In this document: positions 31,570 to 41,342 of the stretch, piece by piece
Layout: each line of letters starts with the position of its first letter
How positions within the stretch are numbered: position 1 is the stretch's first letter
From: Nitrospirota bacterium
Lineage (GTDB): Bacteria > Nitrospirota > UBA9217
Direction: 5' to 3'
NCBI GenBank assembly: GCA_963790205.1
Contig: CAWBNQ010000006.1
Coordinates: 63,152-127,151 of the forward strand
Length of the DNA: 64,000 nucleotides
Notes under the pieces: model-generated
Seen by the model: only the letters and a program-made list of their open reading frames with translations
What the model was told of the DNA's origin: nothing
Databases searched by the model: none
Program-made: the position numbers and the translations under genes

Positions 31570-34047
31570 ATGCTTTACCGCGCCCTATATTATAGAGCCA
31601 GTACGGACCATCGTACGATGATGCGCCAAACGGGGCGGTACCGTATCATGTCGTTTCCTGAAAAGACCATCCTGATGTTTGTCTTTCTCTCCGTGACGGC
31701 CTGTGCCGCGGCGAAAACGCCGCCTCCCGGCATCGTCGCGGCCGTCCTGCCCGGCCCCGCATCGCCGGGGCCGGGCAGCGTTTCCTTTTCCGGTCCCGGC
31801 CGGGGGCTGAAGTCGGCCCTCGCAGCGTACAAAGCCGGGAAGTGGGACATGGCGCTGTCCCTCGCATGGCAGGTGCGGGAGCAATATCCGGACACGCCAT
31901 GGTACCAGCGGTCGCTGTTCCTGGCGGAGCGGACGCTCATCCAGATGGACCGGGTTTCCGAGGCGGACGCCGCCATGCTTCGGGTGCGGGACGAGTACCC
32001 CCTGATGGCCGACTACGCCTTGTTCGTCCTCGCTGAATACCATTATGCAAACAAGCGCTTCTCGCAGGCAGCTGTCCTGTATCAGCAGCTGGCGGAGCGC
32101 TATCCCCGGAGTTCGCTGGCAATCCGCGCCGCATACCGGAGCGCGCAGGCCCTCCTCGAGTCCAATGCCTTCGCTCCCGCGGCCGAGGCCTTTGAAAAAT
32201 TCCTCCAGGACAATCCCCGTTCGGAATTCTGCGCTGACGCAGGCATCGGCCTCGGAAAAGCGCTGACCGCTGATGCGCAGCCGGCGCGGGCCGTCCGCGC
32301 ATACCGTGACGTCCAGGTCAAATGTCCCGGGACCCCCGCGGAACCGGATGTGGAACAGGCCCTTGCCGGGCTCAGGAGCGGCGGCGTCGAAGTTCCCGAA
32401 CTTACCCCCGAAGAGCTGCATGAACGGGGAAAAAATCTCTTCCGGGCCGGCTTGTATGACAAGGCCGTGGAGGCCTTCACGAAACTTCTGGCGCTCGATC
32501 CATCGTATTCCGACAGGCCCGAGGTCCTTCTCCGCGCCGGCATCGCCTTGTTCAACCTGGGCAGGCGCGCGGAAGCGGCCGCAATGCTTGAAAAACTGGC
32601 GCAGGAATTTCCCCGCGACCAGCGGGTCCCCGAGGCCCTGTACTGGCTGGGCAAGTCATACAGCAAGTCCGGCGAGCGGGACAAGGGGGTCCAGGCCTTT
32701 CGCAAAATCCTCGATTCCTACGCCGGGAGCGAGTGGGCCGATGACGCGCTTTTCCTGACCGGAAACATCTATCGCGAAGCGGACGACTTGAAGAAGGCGC
32801 TTACGTTCTACGACCGGCTGGCAGCGGAGTACCCGGAGAGCAAGTTTGCGGACAGCGCGTTCTGGTGGAAGGCATGGGCCAGTTACGGCGCCGGCGACTA
32901 CCGCACGGCAGAGCAGACCCTGCAGGAGCTCGTCCTCCGCTATCCGAAATCTTTTTTGGTGAACCAGGCGCGCTACTGGCAGGGGAGAATATCGGAAAAA
33001 ACGGGCAGTACGGCAAAGGCCGTTGCTTATTACGGGAGCGTGCTCAAGAGGGCGCCCTATACCTATTACGGCTATCGCGCCGGCGAGCGCTTGATGAGCA
33101 TACAGGGTTCAGACGCAACGGTGAAGACGAATGAGGCCGTTGAGCCGGACCCGGAATGCGCAGACGGGCCCTGTCCGGACGATGCCGCGGGCGGTTCCGC
33201 TGCTGACGACGGTCCTCCGGTCTGGACCGGGGAGGCGCTCAAGACCCTTGCGGCGGAGCCGGCGTTCACCCGGTCCCTCGAACTTCTCTATCTTGACATG
33301 AAGACGGAGGCTGCCGCCGAGCTCTCGATGCTGCAGGCCCGGCTGCCGAGGAAGCGCGGCGCGCTCCTCGGCCTGAGCAAGACCTTCTTTGAGCTCGGCG
33401 ACTATTACCGCTCCCTGATGCTCGTGCTCACGAACTATGAACGCTATTTAGACGGAAAGGCGGGGGACGCGCCCCGGGATTTCTGGCTCCTGGCCTACCC
33501 CCAGGGATACTGGGACAGCATCGTTTCCTATTCCCGGAAGTACGGCCAGGACCCCTACTTTATCGCCGCGATCATCCGCGAGGAGAGCCAGTTCCGCGCC
33601 GAGGCGCTTTCGGCCGCGGGCGCCCGGGGCGTGATGCAGGTGATGCCGACGACCGGGGCGTGGGTGGCGCAGGCGGTCCGGGTGCCGGGCTTCGGTCCGA
33701 ACAAGCTCTTCGATTCCGACACGGCCATCAACATCGGCACGTGGTATATCGGCCATCTCATGAAGCGCTTCAAGGGCGACGCGCTTTTCACGGCTGCGGC
33801 GTACAATGCCGGCCCCGAGGCCGTCACCGCATGGCTTGCCAGGAACGGGCGCGGCACGGAGCGGGACGAGTTCGTTGAATCCATACCCTTCTCCGAGACG
33901 AGAAGCTATGTGAAAAAGGTGATGAGGAATTACGCCGAGTACAAGCGGATCTACGGCAGGACGGAAAAGAACGCGTCCCGGCCAACCACGCGGGACGACG
34001 AGACCCCCGGTCCCCTGGCCGGGGCGCCCAGGGTGCAAGCGCCGTGA
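31570..34047 (+). CDS. TPR-containing soluble lytic transglycosylase (start possibly 31648)
   Basis: TPR repeats and an SLT domain (IIREESQF, GVMQVM, AAYNAG, ETRSYV). Confidence 0.9.
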   Translation: MLYRALYYRASTDHRTMMRQTGRYRIMSFPEKTILMFVFLSVTACAAAKTPPPGIVAAVLPGPASPGPGSVSFSGPGRGLKSALAAYKAGKWDMALSLAWQVREQYPDTPWYQRSLFLAERTLIQMDRVSEADAAMLRVRDEYPLMADYALFVLAEYHYANKRFSQAAVLYQQLAERYPRSSLAIRAAYRSAQALLESNAFAPAAEAFEKFLQDNPRSEFCADAGIGLGKALTADAQPARAVRAYRDVQVKCPGTPAEPDVEQALAGLRSGGVEVPELTPEELHERGKNLFRAGLYDKAVEAFTKLLALDPSYSDRPEVLLRAGIALFNLGRRAEAAAMLEKLAQEFPRDQRVPEALYWLGKSYSKSGERDKGVQAFRKILDSYAGSEWADDALFLTGNIYREADDLKKALTFYDRLAAEYPESKFADSAFWWKAWASYGAGDYRTAEQTLQELVLRYPKSFLVNQARYWQGRISEKTGSTAKAVAYYGSVLKRAPYTYYGYRAGERLMSIQGSDATVKTNEAVEPDPECADGPCPDDAAGGSAADDGPPVWTGEALKTLAAEPAFTRSLELLYLDMKTEAAAELSMLQARLPRKRGALLGLSKTFFELGDYYRSLMLVLTNYERYLDGKAGDAPRDFWLLAYPQGYWDSIVSYSRKYGQDPYFIAAIIREESQFRAEALSAAGARGVMQVMPTTGAWVAQAVRVPGFGPNKLFDSDTAINIGTWYIGHLMKRFKGDALFTAAAYNAGPEAVTAWLARNGRGTERDEFVESIPFSETRSYVKKVMRNYAEYKRIYGRTEKNASRPTTRDDETPGPLAGAPRVQAP

Positions 34048-34268
34048 AGGACCTGGAAAATAAATTCCTCGAGGTCGAAAAGCGGGTAAAGGCCCTCGTT
34101 TCCGAGAACAGGGACCTGGCGAAGCGCGTCTCCGAGCTTACGCAGGAACTGTCCCGGGCCCGCCGAGAATCGCAGGAACTCGAGAACTTCCACGGGAAAA
34201 AAATGCATATCAGGGAAAAGCTCGAGCGCGTGCTGCAGGCCCTTGAGGCGGCCGGAGAAAAAAAGTGA
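34044..34268 (+). CDS. Small coiled-coil protein (ZapB-like)
   Basis: 74-aa heptad-rich protein overlapping the slt stop codon. Confidence 0.6.
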   Translation: MKDLENKFLEVEKRVKALVSENRDLAKRVSELTQELSRARRESQELENFHGKKMHIREKLERVLQALEAAGEKK

Positions 34269-34305
34269 GCGGTGTCGGCGCGAAGTCCTCCCTCCCCTCT
34301 TCCGC

Positions 34306-35208
34306 ATGATAAAAGACGACGATATATTTTATAAGACCCTTCTGGACAACCTCTACGACGGCGTCTACTTTGTCGACAAGGACCGGCGGATCACGTACTG
34401 GAACAAGGGCGCCGAGGGGATCACGGGGTACCCGGCCTCCGACGTCGTGGGCAAACACTGCTCGGACGACATCCTGGTGCACGTCGACCGTGAAGGGAAC
34501 AACCTCTGCCTGGGCATGTGCCCCCTGAGCGACACGATCAGCGACGGCAAGGCGCGCAGCTCGGACGTATACCTGCGGCACAAGGACGGCCATCGCGTGC
34601 ACGTCTTCGTGCGCGTGGCGCCCATACGCGGCGACGACGGCCGGATCGCGGGCGGCATCGAGGTCTTTACCGACAACACGCCCGCTGCCGAGGCCCTTGA
34701 ACGGTTTGCCGAGCTCGAGCGCCTGGCGTTCCTCGATTCCCTCACCGGGCTCGCCAACAGGCGGTATGCCGAGATCACCCTGAACGCCAGGATCGAGGAG
34801 CTGCAGCGGTACGGCTGGCGGTTCGGCGTCATTTTTATCGACATCGACCGTTTCAAGGCCGTTAACGACCGGCACGGGCACGACGCCGGCGACGAGGTAT
34901 TAAAGATGGTCGCCAAGACCCTCCAGAACAGCGTCCGCTCCTTCGACGTCGTCAGCCGTTGGGGCGGGGAGGAATACGTCGCCGTTATCGCGCACGTGGA
35001 AGGGGACGAACTCGCGGCCACGGCGAACCGGTGCCGGGCGCTCGTAGAACGGTCGAGCCTCCATGCCGAAACGCCCATCCATGTGACCATCTCGCTCGGC
35101 GCAACGCTTGCCCGCCAGGACGACACCGTGGCATCGCTTCTCAAGAGGGCGGACGGGCTCATGTACAAAAGCAAGGCCGCGGGCAGGAACGCCGTAACGA
35201 TGGACTAG
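34306..35208 (+). CDS. PAS-GGDEF diguanylate cyclase
   Basis: PAS domain, DSLTGLANRR, DIDRFKAVND and RWGGEEY. Confidence 0.92.
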   Translation: MIKDDDIFYKTLLDNLYDGVYFVDKDRRITYWNKGAEGITGYPASDVVGKHCSDDILVHVDREGNNLCLGMCPLSDTISDGKARSSDVYLRHKDGHRVHVFVRVAPIRGDDGRIAGGIEVFTDNTPAAEALERFAELERLAFLDSLTGLANRRYAEITLNARIEELQRYGWRFGVIFIDIDRFKAVNDRHGHDAGDEVLKMVAKTLQNSVRSFDVVSRWGGEEYVAVIAHVEGDELAATANRCRALVERSSLHAETPIHVTISLGATLARQDDTVASLLKRADGLMYKSKAAGRNAVTMD

Positions 35209-35283
35209 GGAGCGGAGCGCCGGTTTCCTGTCACGCTGCACGGCCTTCCGGCGCATAGATGCGCGCCTTGAGGACGGGAACGA

Positions 35284-36333
35284 TCACAACTCCTTGCCGA
35301 GCTCGATCAGGTCCGCCCGGCAGCTTCCGATCCGGGCCCCGAGCCACTCGATATGGCGTTCGAACCTGTTCTTCATCTCCCCGTAGTAACGCGAAAGTTC
35401 TTCCAGGCGATCGAGCGTTCCGAGCGTGCCGGTACCCGCGATATCGTGGAGCTTTGCGTCGAGCTCGCCGGACCTTTTCGTGAGCGTCGCCCTGTTCGCC
35501 TCATACGTTCTGATCGTACCCCTCAAGGCAGAGGCCAACGGGCCCGGTGCATCGCCGCCGATGACCCCGGCGAGCTCGTATAATTTCGCGAACTCGTCGG
35601 CCTTGATGAGCAGCCAGCCCTCCTCGTATTTTTCCAGCTCCGACAGGCACTCAAAATACTTCCGCTCTTCACCGAGCGATCTCAGCTCGTTCTGAAAATA
35701 GAAGACCTCTTCATCGGAAAGGTCCTTGTAGTGCGCCTCACGGCGGTCATACGGCCCGCTCCGGTACGCGGGCCAAAGCTCCCGGGCCAGTTCCAGGTCG
35801 TCCTTATCGACCGGGACGCGGCGCTCCACCACGGCGGCGTTCAGTTTCTGCCTGCGTGTTTCAAGCTTTTTCTTTTCTCCTTCCAGTTTCAGGACCCTTT
35901 CGCCGAGCTCACCTGCCAGCTTCCGGGAACCCTCGGCCAGCTCTTCATACCGGGCGGTCCGTCCGGCGTCAGCCTGTCCCAAAAAAAAGTTATTCACCGC
36001 GAGATCGAATTCAGAAGACATCCCCGAGGTCCAGTCGGCGTATTTTTGATACCATTCCAAAAGATCCTGGCGCTCGCCGGCCCTGTTGTCGGCCCCGTGG
36101 CCCGCCGCTTCGACCTGTTCGTTCAATAAAGCGGTGGTTTCCTTCACAAACGCAAGCGTCCTGCCGAGATCATCGGAGCCCATCAGAAGAAACGCCTTTT
36201 CCCGCTCGACCCGTTTTTTGAACGAATCCTGCGGACGAGTTCCGGGAGCGTCAGCCGCGCCGGCAGCCGATAAAGGGAGCAGAAGGAGCACTGCAGCGAA
36301 CAGACGGAGCCACGGTTGTTTCGGTAAATGCAT
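35284..36333 (-). CDS. Hypothetical secreted helical protein
   Basis: Signal peptide and coiled-coil composition. Confidence 0.6.
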   Translation of the reverse strand: MHLPKQPWLRLFAAVLLLLPLSAAGAADAPGTRPQDSFKKRVEREKAFLLMGSDDLGRTLAFVKETTALLNEQVEAAGHGADNRAGERQDLLEWYQKYADWTSGMSSEFDLAVNNFFLGQADAGRTARYEELAEGSRKLAGELGERVLKLEGEKKKLETRRQKLNAAVVERRVPVDKDDLELARELWPAYRSGPYDRREAHYKDLSDEEVFYFQNELRSLGEERKYFECLSELEKYEEGWLLIKADEFAKLYELAGVIGGDAPGPLASALRGTIRTYEANRATLTKRSGELDAKLHDIAGTGTLGTLDRLEELSRYYGEMKNRFERHIEWLGARIGSCRADLIELGKEL

Positions 36334-36545
36334 TTCGATCACCTTTCGCTTGCCTGATCCAGGCACGTTGTCCGGCCGGAGCGCACGGCGGCATTGTCGT
36401 AATGCCGGGGCTGAACCAGGGACCACGGGTCCCTTGGTCCCGGACGGCGGGTTGAAACGATCACGATGCTGTGCGGCGTAGCCGCCAGGAGATTTTTCCC
36501 GGGACGGTGTCGAGCAGCCGGTTGGATATCCCGTACTCTGTGAAG

Positions 36546-36857
36546 TCAGAGATTCAACGCAAAATTGACGGCGTCACGAATTTCACTCAGCTTTTCCTTT
36601 GATAGGGAGGTGATCATTGATCCGACGTTTGATTTTGACACCGTTTGCAGGTGGTCGCAATTAACGGCGCAATCATTCTGCATGCCGTCCCGGCGGGACA
36701 AGAGCACTTCGCTCGGGATATCCCTTATTGTTGAAGTTACCGGCGCGACAGTAACCTCACCCAAATATTCCAGGACGGAATTTCTCGTTAAAACAACCAC
36801 CGGACGTTTTTTATCGGGATGCTTGAACTTGTACCATCGCACCTCACCCCGCTTCAT
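36546..36857 (-). CDS. mazF: PemK/MazF-family toxin
   Basis: MKRGEVRW..KKRPVVVLTR..VTVAPVTS..NCDHLQTV. Confidence 0.9.
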   Translation of the reverse strand: MKRGEVRWYKFKHPDKKRPVVVLTRNSVLEYLGEVTVAPVTSTIRDIPSEVLLSRRDGMQNDCAVNCDHLQTVSKSNVGSMITSLSKEKLSEIRDAVNFALNL

Positions 36858-37087
36858 ACATCACCCCATTCTTGCTCTGACTCCCAGACGCTGAATTCCG
36901 TTTTGCCGGCAGGGTGTTGCCCATATCCTTTTTTGTGCTTTTTTTCGAGCTGGTTAACGGTAACCTGTTTGACGGCATTCCTTAATGCCATGCGCGCAAA
37001 AGCGGACCGGGTTGTTTTTAATTTTTTGACGACCTGGTCAACGGTTGCGACCAGTTCATCATCCAAGGTCATTTGTATGGTCTTCAT
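36854..37087 (-). CDS. Ribbon-helix-helix antitoxin (CopG family)
   Basis: MKTIQMTLDDELV..TRSAFARMAL; ATGA overlap with the toxin; AGGAGG RBS. Confidence 0.85.
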   Translation of the reverse strand: MKTIQMTLDDELVATVDQVVKKLKTTRSAFARMALRNAVKQVTVNQLEKKHKKGYGQHPAGKTEFSVWESEQEWGDV

Positions 37088-37149
37088 ACTGCCCCTCCTG
37101 TAATGTGGATACTTATAGCTATAATAATCCACATTGCATCCCGTGTCAA

Positions 37150-37292
37150 GGCTCAGACTTCGTATCCAGGCGCTGCCGGAAACAGCGGCACAGGGCGAAG
37201 AAGCGGATCGTCCTGGGCCTGTCGAAGGATGATCTCCGCGAGCCGCCCGGTGCGGCCCCGCACGCCGGGTGGTGCGGGGCTGGGGGCTAACC
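37150..37292 (+). mobile_element. Group IIC intron remnant (degenerate maturase tail, domain V and start of domain VI)
   Basis: GAGCCGCCCGGTGCGGCCCCGCACGCCGGGTGGTG hairpin with a CGC triad at 37240-37274. The upstream sequence reads RLRLRI/RRCRKQ..LGLSKD. Confidence 0.7.
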
Positions 37293-37618
37293 ATTAATGG
37301 TCTCTGTTGTAGCGTCAAAATGTACAGCGCATATAATCTATCTTTCACGTTCGGAAAAAAGGCTGCTACTCTCATTAATATGGCAATGCTAGCTAAAACG
37401 AGTGCAATTACGCGGCCCATTTGAGGGCGGTAATATAGGAGAACGCCTGATAGAATGCCAAGAGAAATATACCCGAAAGCTCTTATATATCCGGTAATGA
37501 ATTCTTCTCTGAATAAATCGGGAATTTTCTGGAATGGGGGTAGATAAACTAAGAGTGAAGCATAAATTACGGCTGTAATGATGCCAAAGCGATGAGTAGA
37601 CATTTTTATAGGATTCAT
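37293..37618 (-). pseudogene. Cassette membrane protein truncated by the intron remnant
   Basis: AT-rich TM ORF starting after attC 37633, switching abruptly to GC-rich sequence at about 37292. Confidence 0.6.
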
Positions 37619-37632
37619 ATTGTTCTCTTCTA

Positions 37633-37698
37633 AACTAACGCGCGGGTGTACCGCCGGGCGGGTTCATCGCCCGGACGGACACGACCCGCATGTTGGAT
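37633..37698 (-). other. attC site
   Basis: AACTAAC...GTTGGAT imperfect hairpin, 66 bp, directly after the cassette ORF stop. Confidence 0.85.
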
Positions 37699-37701
37699 TC
37701 A

Positions 37702-37989
37702 TCATTGTTTTATGGGGCGACATTTATCAGTGATGCAATATGTGACCTCACCGGTTTTCGTATCCAAGACATATGCCGCAGGAAATGCATTTGTACTTGC
37801 TGAAACTGCTTGGTAACGGTTTGAGGAATGCGATTGAACACCATAAGATATGACGGCCATGACAAATATAAGAGGCAGCACGATTAAGACGGCAATGCGC
37901 TTCATTTTGTTTTTGAAGATAATGTCGTGTGCCATAATGAAATCTTTGTCATTAAGTAACTCTTGAACAGTACCCGGAAGTTCTGGCAT
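37702..37989 (-). CDS. Cassette hypothetical membrane protein
   Basis: GGAGG RBS, one TM segment, ends beside an attC. Confidence 0.65.
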   Translation of the reverse strand: MPELPGTVQELLNDKDFIMAHDIIFKNKMKRIAVLIVLPLIFVMAVISYGVQSHSSNRYQAVSASTNAFPAAYVLDTKTGEVTYCITDKCRPIKQ

Positions 37990-38155
37990 TGGGCCTCCTT
38001 TGGGGATGAGGTTTTTATGACGCCACAAGAATTGATCGTGAAATGGGAAAATATAGCGCGACGCAAATGGTACGATGCCGAGCAAGAAGCGTCACCCATG
38101 GGAAAAAGGCTTATCGAGCATGGCGCTCTGTGTTATCAAAATTGTGCACGCGAAC

Positions 38156-38524
38156 TCAGGGAAGTCCTAATTTCAGTTTCGCCTCTGCCTTCAGCCACTC
38201 AAGAAGAAGGCCGAAAGTAATGGAGGCGCCAGGTTTCAATACGTTTTCTTTTGCTTTTTTCCATATGGTATCGTCCTTCGTGGCATCTAAGAAATCGTGG
38301 CCTTCCCAAGTTAGGCCTTTGATTATGACGCCGCCGATACCATGAGCCAATTTAACAGTTTTGCCATTAAGTAAGCCGGCCTCTACAAGAAGGTCTATGT
38401 GTTCATAAATGTCGGCATACTCGTATTCATGAAGCAAATAGTCAACATTGGTGTATTGTTTGCCAGCTGGCATATTTTCAATATCAAGCATGATGCGGCG
38501 GATAAGATCAAAATCACGTTTCAT
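38156..38524 (-). CDS. DUF2513 domain protein (cassette)
   Basis: MKRDFDLIRRIM..LTWEGHDFLDA..W.K. Confidence 0.85.
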   Translation of the reverse strand: MKRDFDLIRRIMLDIENMPAGKQYTNVDYLLHEYEYADIYEHIDLLVEAGLLNGKTVKLAHGIGGVIIKGLTWEGHDFLDATKDDTIWKKAKENVLKPGASITFGLLLEWLKAEAKLKLGLP

Positions 38525-38579
38525 GAGACACTCCATTCATATTTGTTGGCTATACAGCAGCGGCATAAGATTTTATAGA

Positions 38580-38637
38580 ATACAACGCGCGCGTGAGGAG
38601 CGTGTTTTTCGCGACTCACTCGACGCGCTTGTTAACA
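38580..38637 (-). other. attC site
   Basis: ATACAAC-GCGCGCGTGAGG...CTCGACGCGCTT-GTTAACA, 58 bp. Confidence 0.85.
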
Positions 38638-38647
38638 ACCAGCTTTA

Positions 38648-38929
38648 CTAATTTGTCTGTGGTGCTCTATCATCTGCATATTCTTTGATAGTATCCGATA
38701 GAAATTGAGCAACGGACTTCTCAACATCAGCATCGAGAATATAAGGCCGATTCTTTTGAGAGGATGAGATGCCAAAATCGACAGTTATGGCAGGCATTGA
38801 AGTATTCAGCAAAACATAATCGTAACTGCGCAGTAACTGGATGCAGCTGAAAAGATCTGATTCGCCTAATTTCTTCGAGATTGCACCTGCGATAGAAAGG
38901 CTTTCTTCGTGTTTATTGTCAGCCGACAA
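38648..38929 (-). CDS. Cassette hypothetical protein (probably 5'-truncated)
   Basis: Ends 10 bp from an attC; weak TTG start and no upstream attC. Confidence 0.45.
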   Translation of the reverse strand: MSADNKHEESLSIAGAISKKLGESDLFSCIQLLRSYDYVLLNTSMPAITVDFGISSSQKNRPYILDADVEKSVAQFLSDTIKEYADDRAPQTN

Positions 38930-39001
38930 AGCCGCTAATATCTCATTTAGTCCAGCTCTTTAAACGACCTGACGCCTGCTGAATTCAAGCTGCACGAGTT
39001 G

Positions 39002-39367
39002 TCAAAGATCGGTCAAAACCTCTAATTGCAAGTGGCACAACAAAGGGGGGTAGCTCACTCTATCTATGATGGTCTTTTCTACAAGGTCAAAGGCACCGTC
39101 TGGCGTTATCGTCCCTGAGAGGATAATTGGAGCTCCTATTTTAGCATACCGATAAGACCCAACCAATTGACCTTCACGGAGAGAACCAAGAATCATTGAA
39201 ATCTTACTGTTTTTCCCAAGGACACCATAATAATGATTTTGCCATAGAAAAGAATCCTGGGAAGGGCGTTTGGCAGCAAGCGCAGGCAGCACCACAGAGA
39301 AGGTCAGAAGTATTACGATAGAGAAACGCAATAATAATTCTAAAGCTCTCAGGCGCCTATTTGTCAT
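39002..39367 (-). CDS. Cassette secreted protein (probably 3'-truncated)
   Basis: Signal peptide and YYGVLG..GSYRY..I.LSG. No attC follows. Confidence 0.55.
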   Translation of the reverse strand: MTNRRLRALELLLRFSIVILLTFSVVLPALAAKRPSQDSFLWQNHYYGVLGKNSKISMILGSLREGQLVGSYRYAKIGAPIILSGTITPDGAFDLVEKTIIDRVSYPPLLCHLQLEVLTDL

Positions 39368-39385
39368 GATGTTCTCCATCTCCTG

Positions 39386-39437
39386 CACTAACGCGAAGAT
39401 GAGCCCCGTACCGTCGGGTTCGATCTTCTGGTTGGAT
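39386..39437 (-). other. attC site
   Basis: CACTAAC-GCGAAGATGAGCCC...GGGTTCGATCTTCTG-GTTGGAT, 52 bp. Confidence 0.8.
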
Positions 39438-39459
39438 GCTTTATTTCGCACCTCCGTCA

Positions 39460-39918
39460 TTATGGTTGTTTTGCGAATTTCAAAAGGGCATCGACATTCT
39501 TCCTGAAGTTATCATGATATGTTTTAGTTGTATCATGCGTTTCGATTAATTTGCCGTAGGAGTAGGATTGACCTTGCATAGGAACATACTGAAAATAATC
39601 CTTATTGTACTCCTGCCATGCATGGTTGAAGCGTTTTCTCTTGAACCAACCCAAATGGCGGCCAAACTCTGTGACGGCAATTTCAAGTTTAGGGAACTTA
39701 TCTTTCAGAATCTTGATGATGTCGATATCACGGGAAGGCCATTTGGCTGGAGTGGGATACAGTCCTTCGAGTTCCGTAAATACAGTGTTTCTGAATTTGT
39801 CGGCAGCTTCGATATAGCGTTTTTTGGTATAGATGCGCCACGTAATGTAGCCACCGAAACTCAAAGTAAGAACAGTACCAGCGATAGCGATGAAATATTT
39901 GTCGATCAGTTCACACAT
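39460..39918 (-). CDS. Cassette hypothetical protein with N-terminal TM segment
   Basis: AT-rich ORF between two attC sites. Confidence 0.65.
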   Translation of the reverse strand: MCELIDKYFIAIAGTVLTLSFGGYITWRIYTKKRYIEAADKFRNTVFTELEGLYPTPAKWPSRDIDIIKILKDKFPKLEIAVTEFGRHLGWFKRKRFNHAWQEYNKDYFQYVPMQGQSYSYGKLIETHDTTKTYHDNFRKNVDALLKFAKQP

Positions 39919-40024
39919 TGGATAATTTGGCTCAGCGCAATAGTGGGATTAGGTATTATGCTAGTTTTTCTTATTCTTCTAGACCGTTGAGCCGCTTGAC
40001 GGACTCGAACTGCTGGTTGGCAAA

Positions 40025-40083
40025 TTCCAACGCCGACGTGAGGAACGCGTCTCTCAGCGTTTCTCTCGACGGCGAGGTTATCA
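40025..40083 (-). other. attC site
   Basis: TTCCAAC-GCCGACGTGAGG...CTCTCGACGGCGAG-GTTATCA, 59 bp, abutting a stop codon. Confidence 0.88.
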
Positions 40084-40698
40084 TTACTTCGAAAGAATTT
40101 TTCCGGTATCATCTTCAACATGGACTTCTTTATCTGACCTGTCATCTTGGAATATTATTGTCTTTTCTTCTTTCTTAGGTAACTTAAATGAGTTGTAAAT
40201 GCCGGAGCCGCTAACGTAAAGGTCTCTATGTTGCCAAACTTTATTGCCGTCAATTAACTTTAACTTTGCAACCATGCCAATGCCACCAACATAGATATAG
40301 TTTGCCGAGATTAAAAGAGGTGAAATATTGAAAGCATTAACCTCCGTAGCCCACAGTAGGCGGTAATTAGTCGGGTCGAACTGTGCGATTATCGCGCTAC
40401 CAGCGTCATCATCTGTAATACCAAACGTAAATAGGATTTTATTTTCGTAAATTTGGTATTTAACACTTTCTATATAAAAGTATTCTGGCAGGTTGATCTT
40501 TGCCGTCGAAACTTTTCCAGAATGCTTAACTAACATATCTCCCTTGGTCTCGATATGATAGCTGTTACCGTTAATTTGAAGATCACACGGCTTATCAGTC
40601 CCCATCATGAAGCAGGTTTCTTCCGATGAGAAGGCTGCGTTCGCAATCAATAGCGATATAATCATTGCCACGGAAAGAACCTTCGAATTTACCGTCAT
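40084..40698 (-). CDS. Cassette secreted protein with PQQ-like beta-propeller motifs
   Basis: Signal peptide and SPLLI..YIYVG..L.DG.KVW. Confidence 0.65.
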   Translation of the reverse strand: MTVNSKVLSVAMIISLLIANAAFSSEETCFMMGTDKPCDLQINGNSYHIETKGDMLVKHSGKVSTAKINLPEYFYIESVKYQIYENKILFTFGITDDDAGSAIIAQFDPTNYRLLWATEVNAFNISPLLISANYIYVGGIGMVAKLKLIDGNKVWQHRDLYVSGSGIYNSFKLPKKEEKTIIFQDDRSDKEVHVEDDTGKILSK

Positions 40699-40715
40699 AG
40701 GTAATCCTCACAAAA

Positions 40716-40774
40716 AGATAACGCCGCCGTGAGGGGCGCGTTTCGCAGCGACCCTCTCGACGGCGTGGTTATAA
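40716..40774 (-). other. attC site
   Basis: AGATAAC-GCCGCCGTGAGGG...CCCTCTCGACGGCGTG-GTTATAA, 59 bp. Confidence 0.9.
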
Positions 40775-40775
40775 A

Positions 40776-41267
40776 TTATTGTTCCTTTCTTCGACGTACT
40801 ATTAACGATAATATCTTCTTTAATAATGGCCATCTTTTGGCAAAATCCTTTTTATTCTTTGACTCCGACCAAACTATATGGCCATTCAGTGCGGAGAAAT
40901 TTGACCACGATGACCATGTGTAATTGTTAACCCTTTTAGGCGTACGCGACCCATCCTGGACAAATAATATCTTATCCTCTCCGTCAACTCGTGGCGTTAT
41001 GTCGATGAGTACGCCCTGTCTCTTGACTACACCATGAAATTCGGCGACCATGCATGTTTGTTTTATGTCCGCCCAAATAATCCAACCGTAAACAATTTGG
41101 CAGCCCGTTCGCTTTTGTTCCAACTCACAATTATCCAAACAATAACTTGCCTTATAATCAGGTAACGCATATGTAAACTTGAGATATTGTGGTTGCTTAG
41201 ATAAACCAATGGCCTTAAGGAATTGCTTAATATTTGGCGATATTGCACTTGGTGTAGTCAGTTTCAT
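40776..41267 (-). CDS. Cassette hypothetical protein
   Basis: C..NC..VYGW.IW..AEFH.V..DITP motif; ends at an attC. Confidence 0.7.
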   Translation of the reverse strand: MKLTTPSAISPNIKQFLKAIGLSKQPQYLKFTYALPDYKASYCLDNCELEQKRTGCQIVYGWIIWADIKQTCMVAEFHGVVKRQGVLIDITPRVDGEDKILFVQDGSRTPKRVNNYTWSSWSNFSALNGHIVWSESKNKKDFAKRWPLLKKILSLIVRRRKEQ

Positions 41268-41279
41268 GCCGATAGCACC

Positions 41280-41334
41280 ATATAGCGCCGAGGTCAGACG
41301 TGCACCGTTGCGCGTCGGTACCCGTTGGTTATCT
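41280..41334 (-). other. Degenerate attC (R' GTT mutated to GCT)
   Basis: ATATAGC...GTTATCT, 55 bp, between two cassette ORFs. Confidence 0.55.
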
Positions 41335-41342
41335 TTCAGTAG

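Noticed and set aside
36854..37618. 254-aa membrane protein/antitoxin fusion ORF
   Set aside because: A chance in-frame join of a truncated cassette, the intron relic and an antitoxin that has its own RBS.
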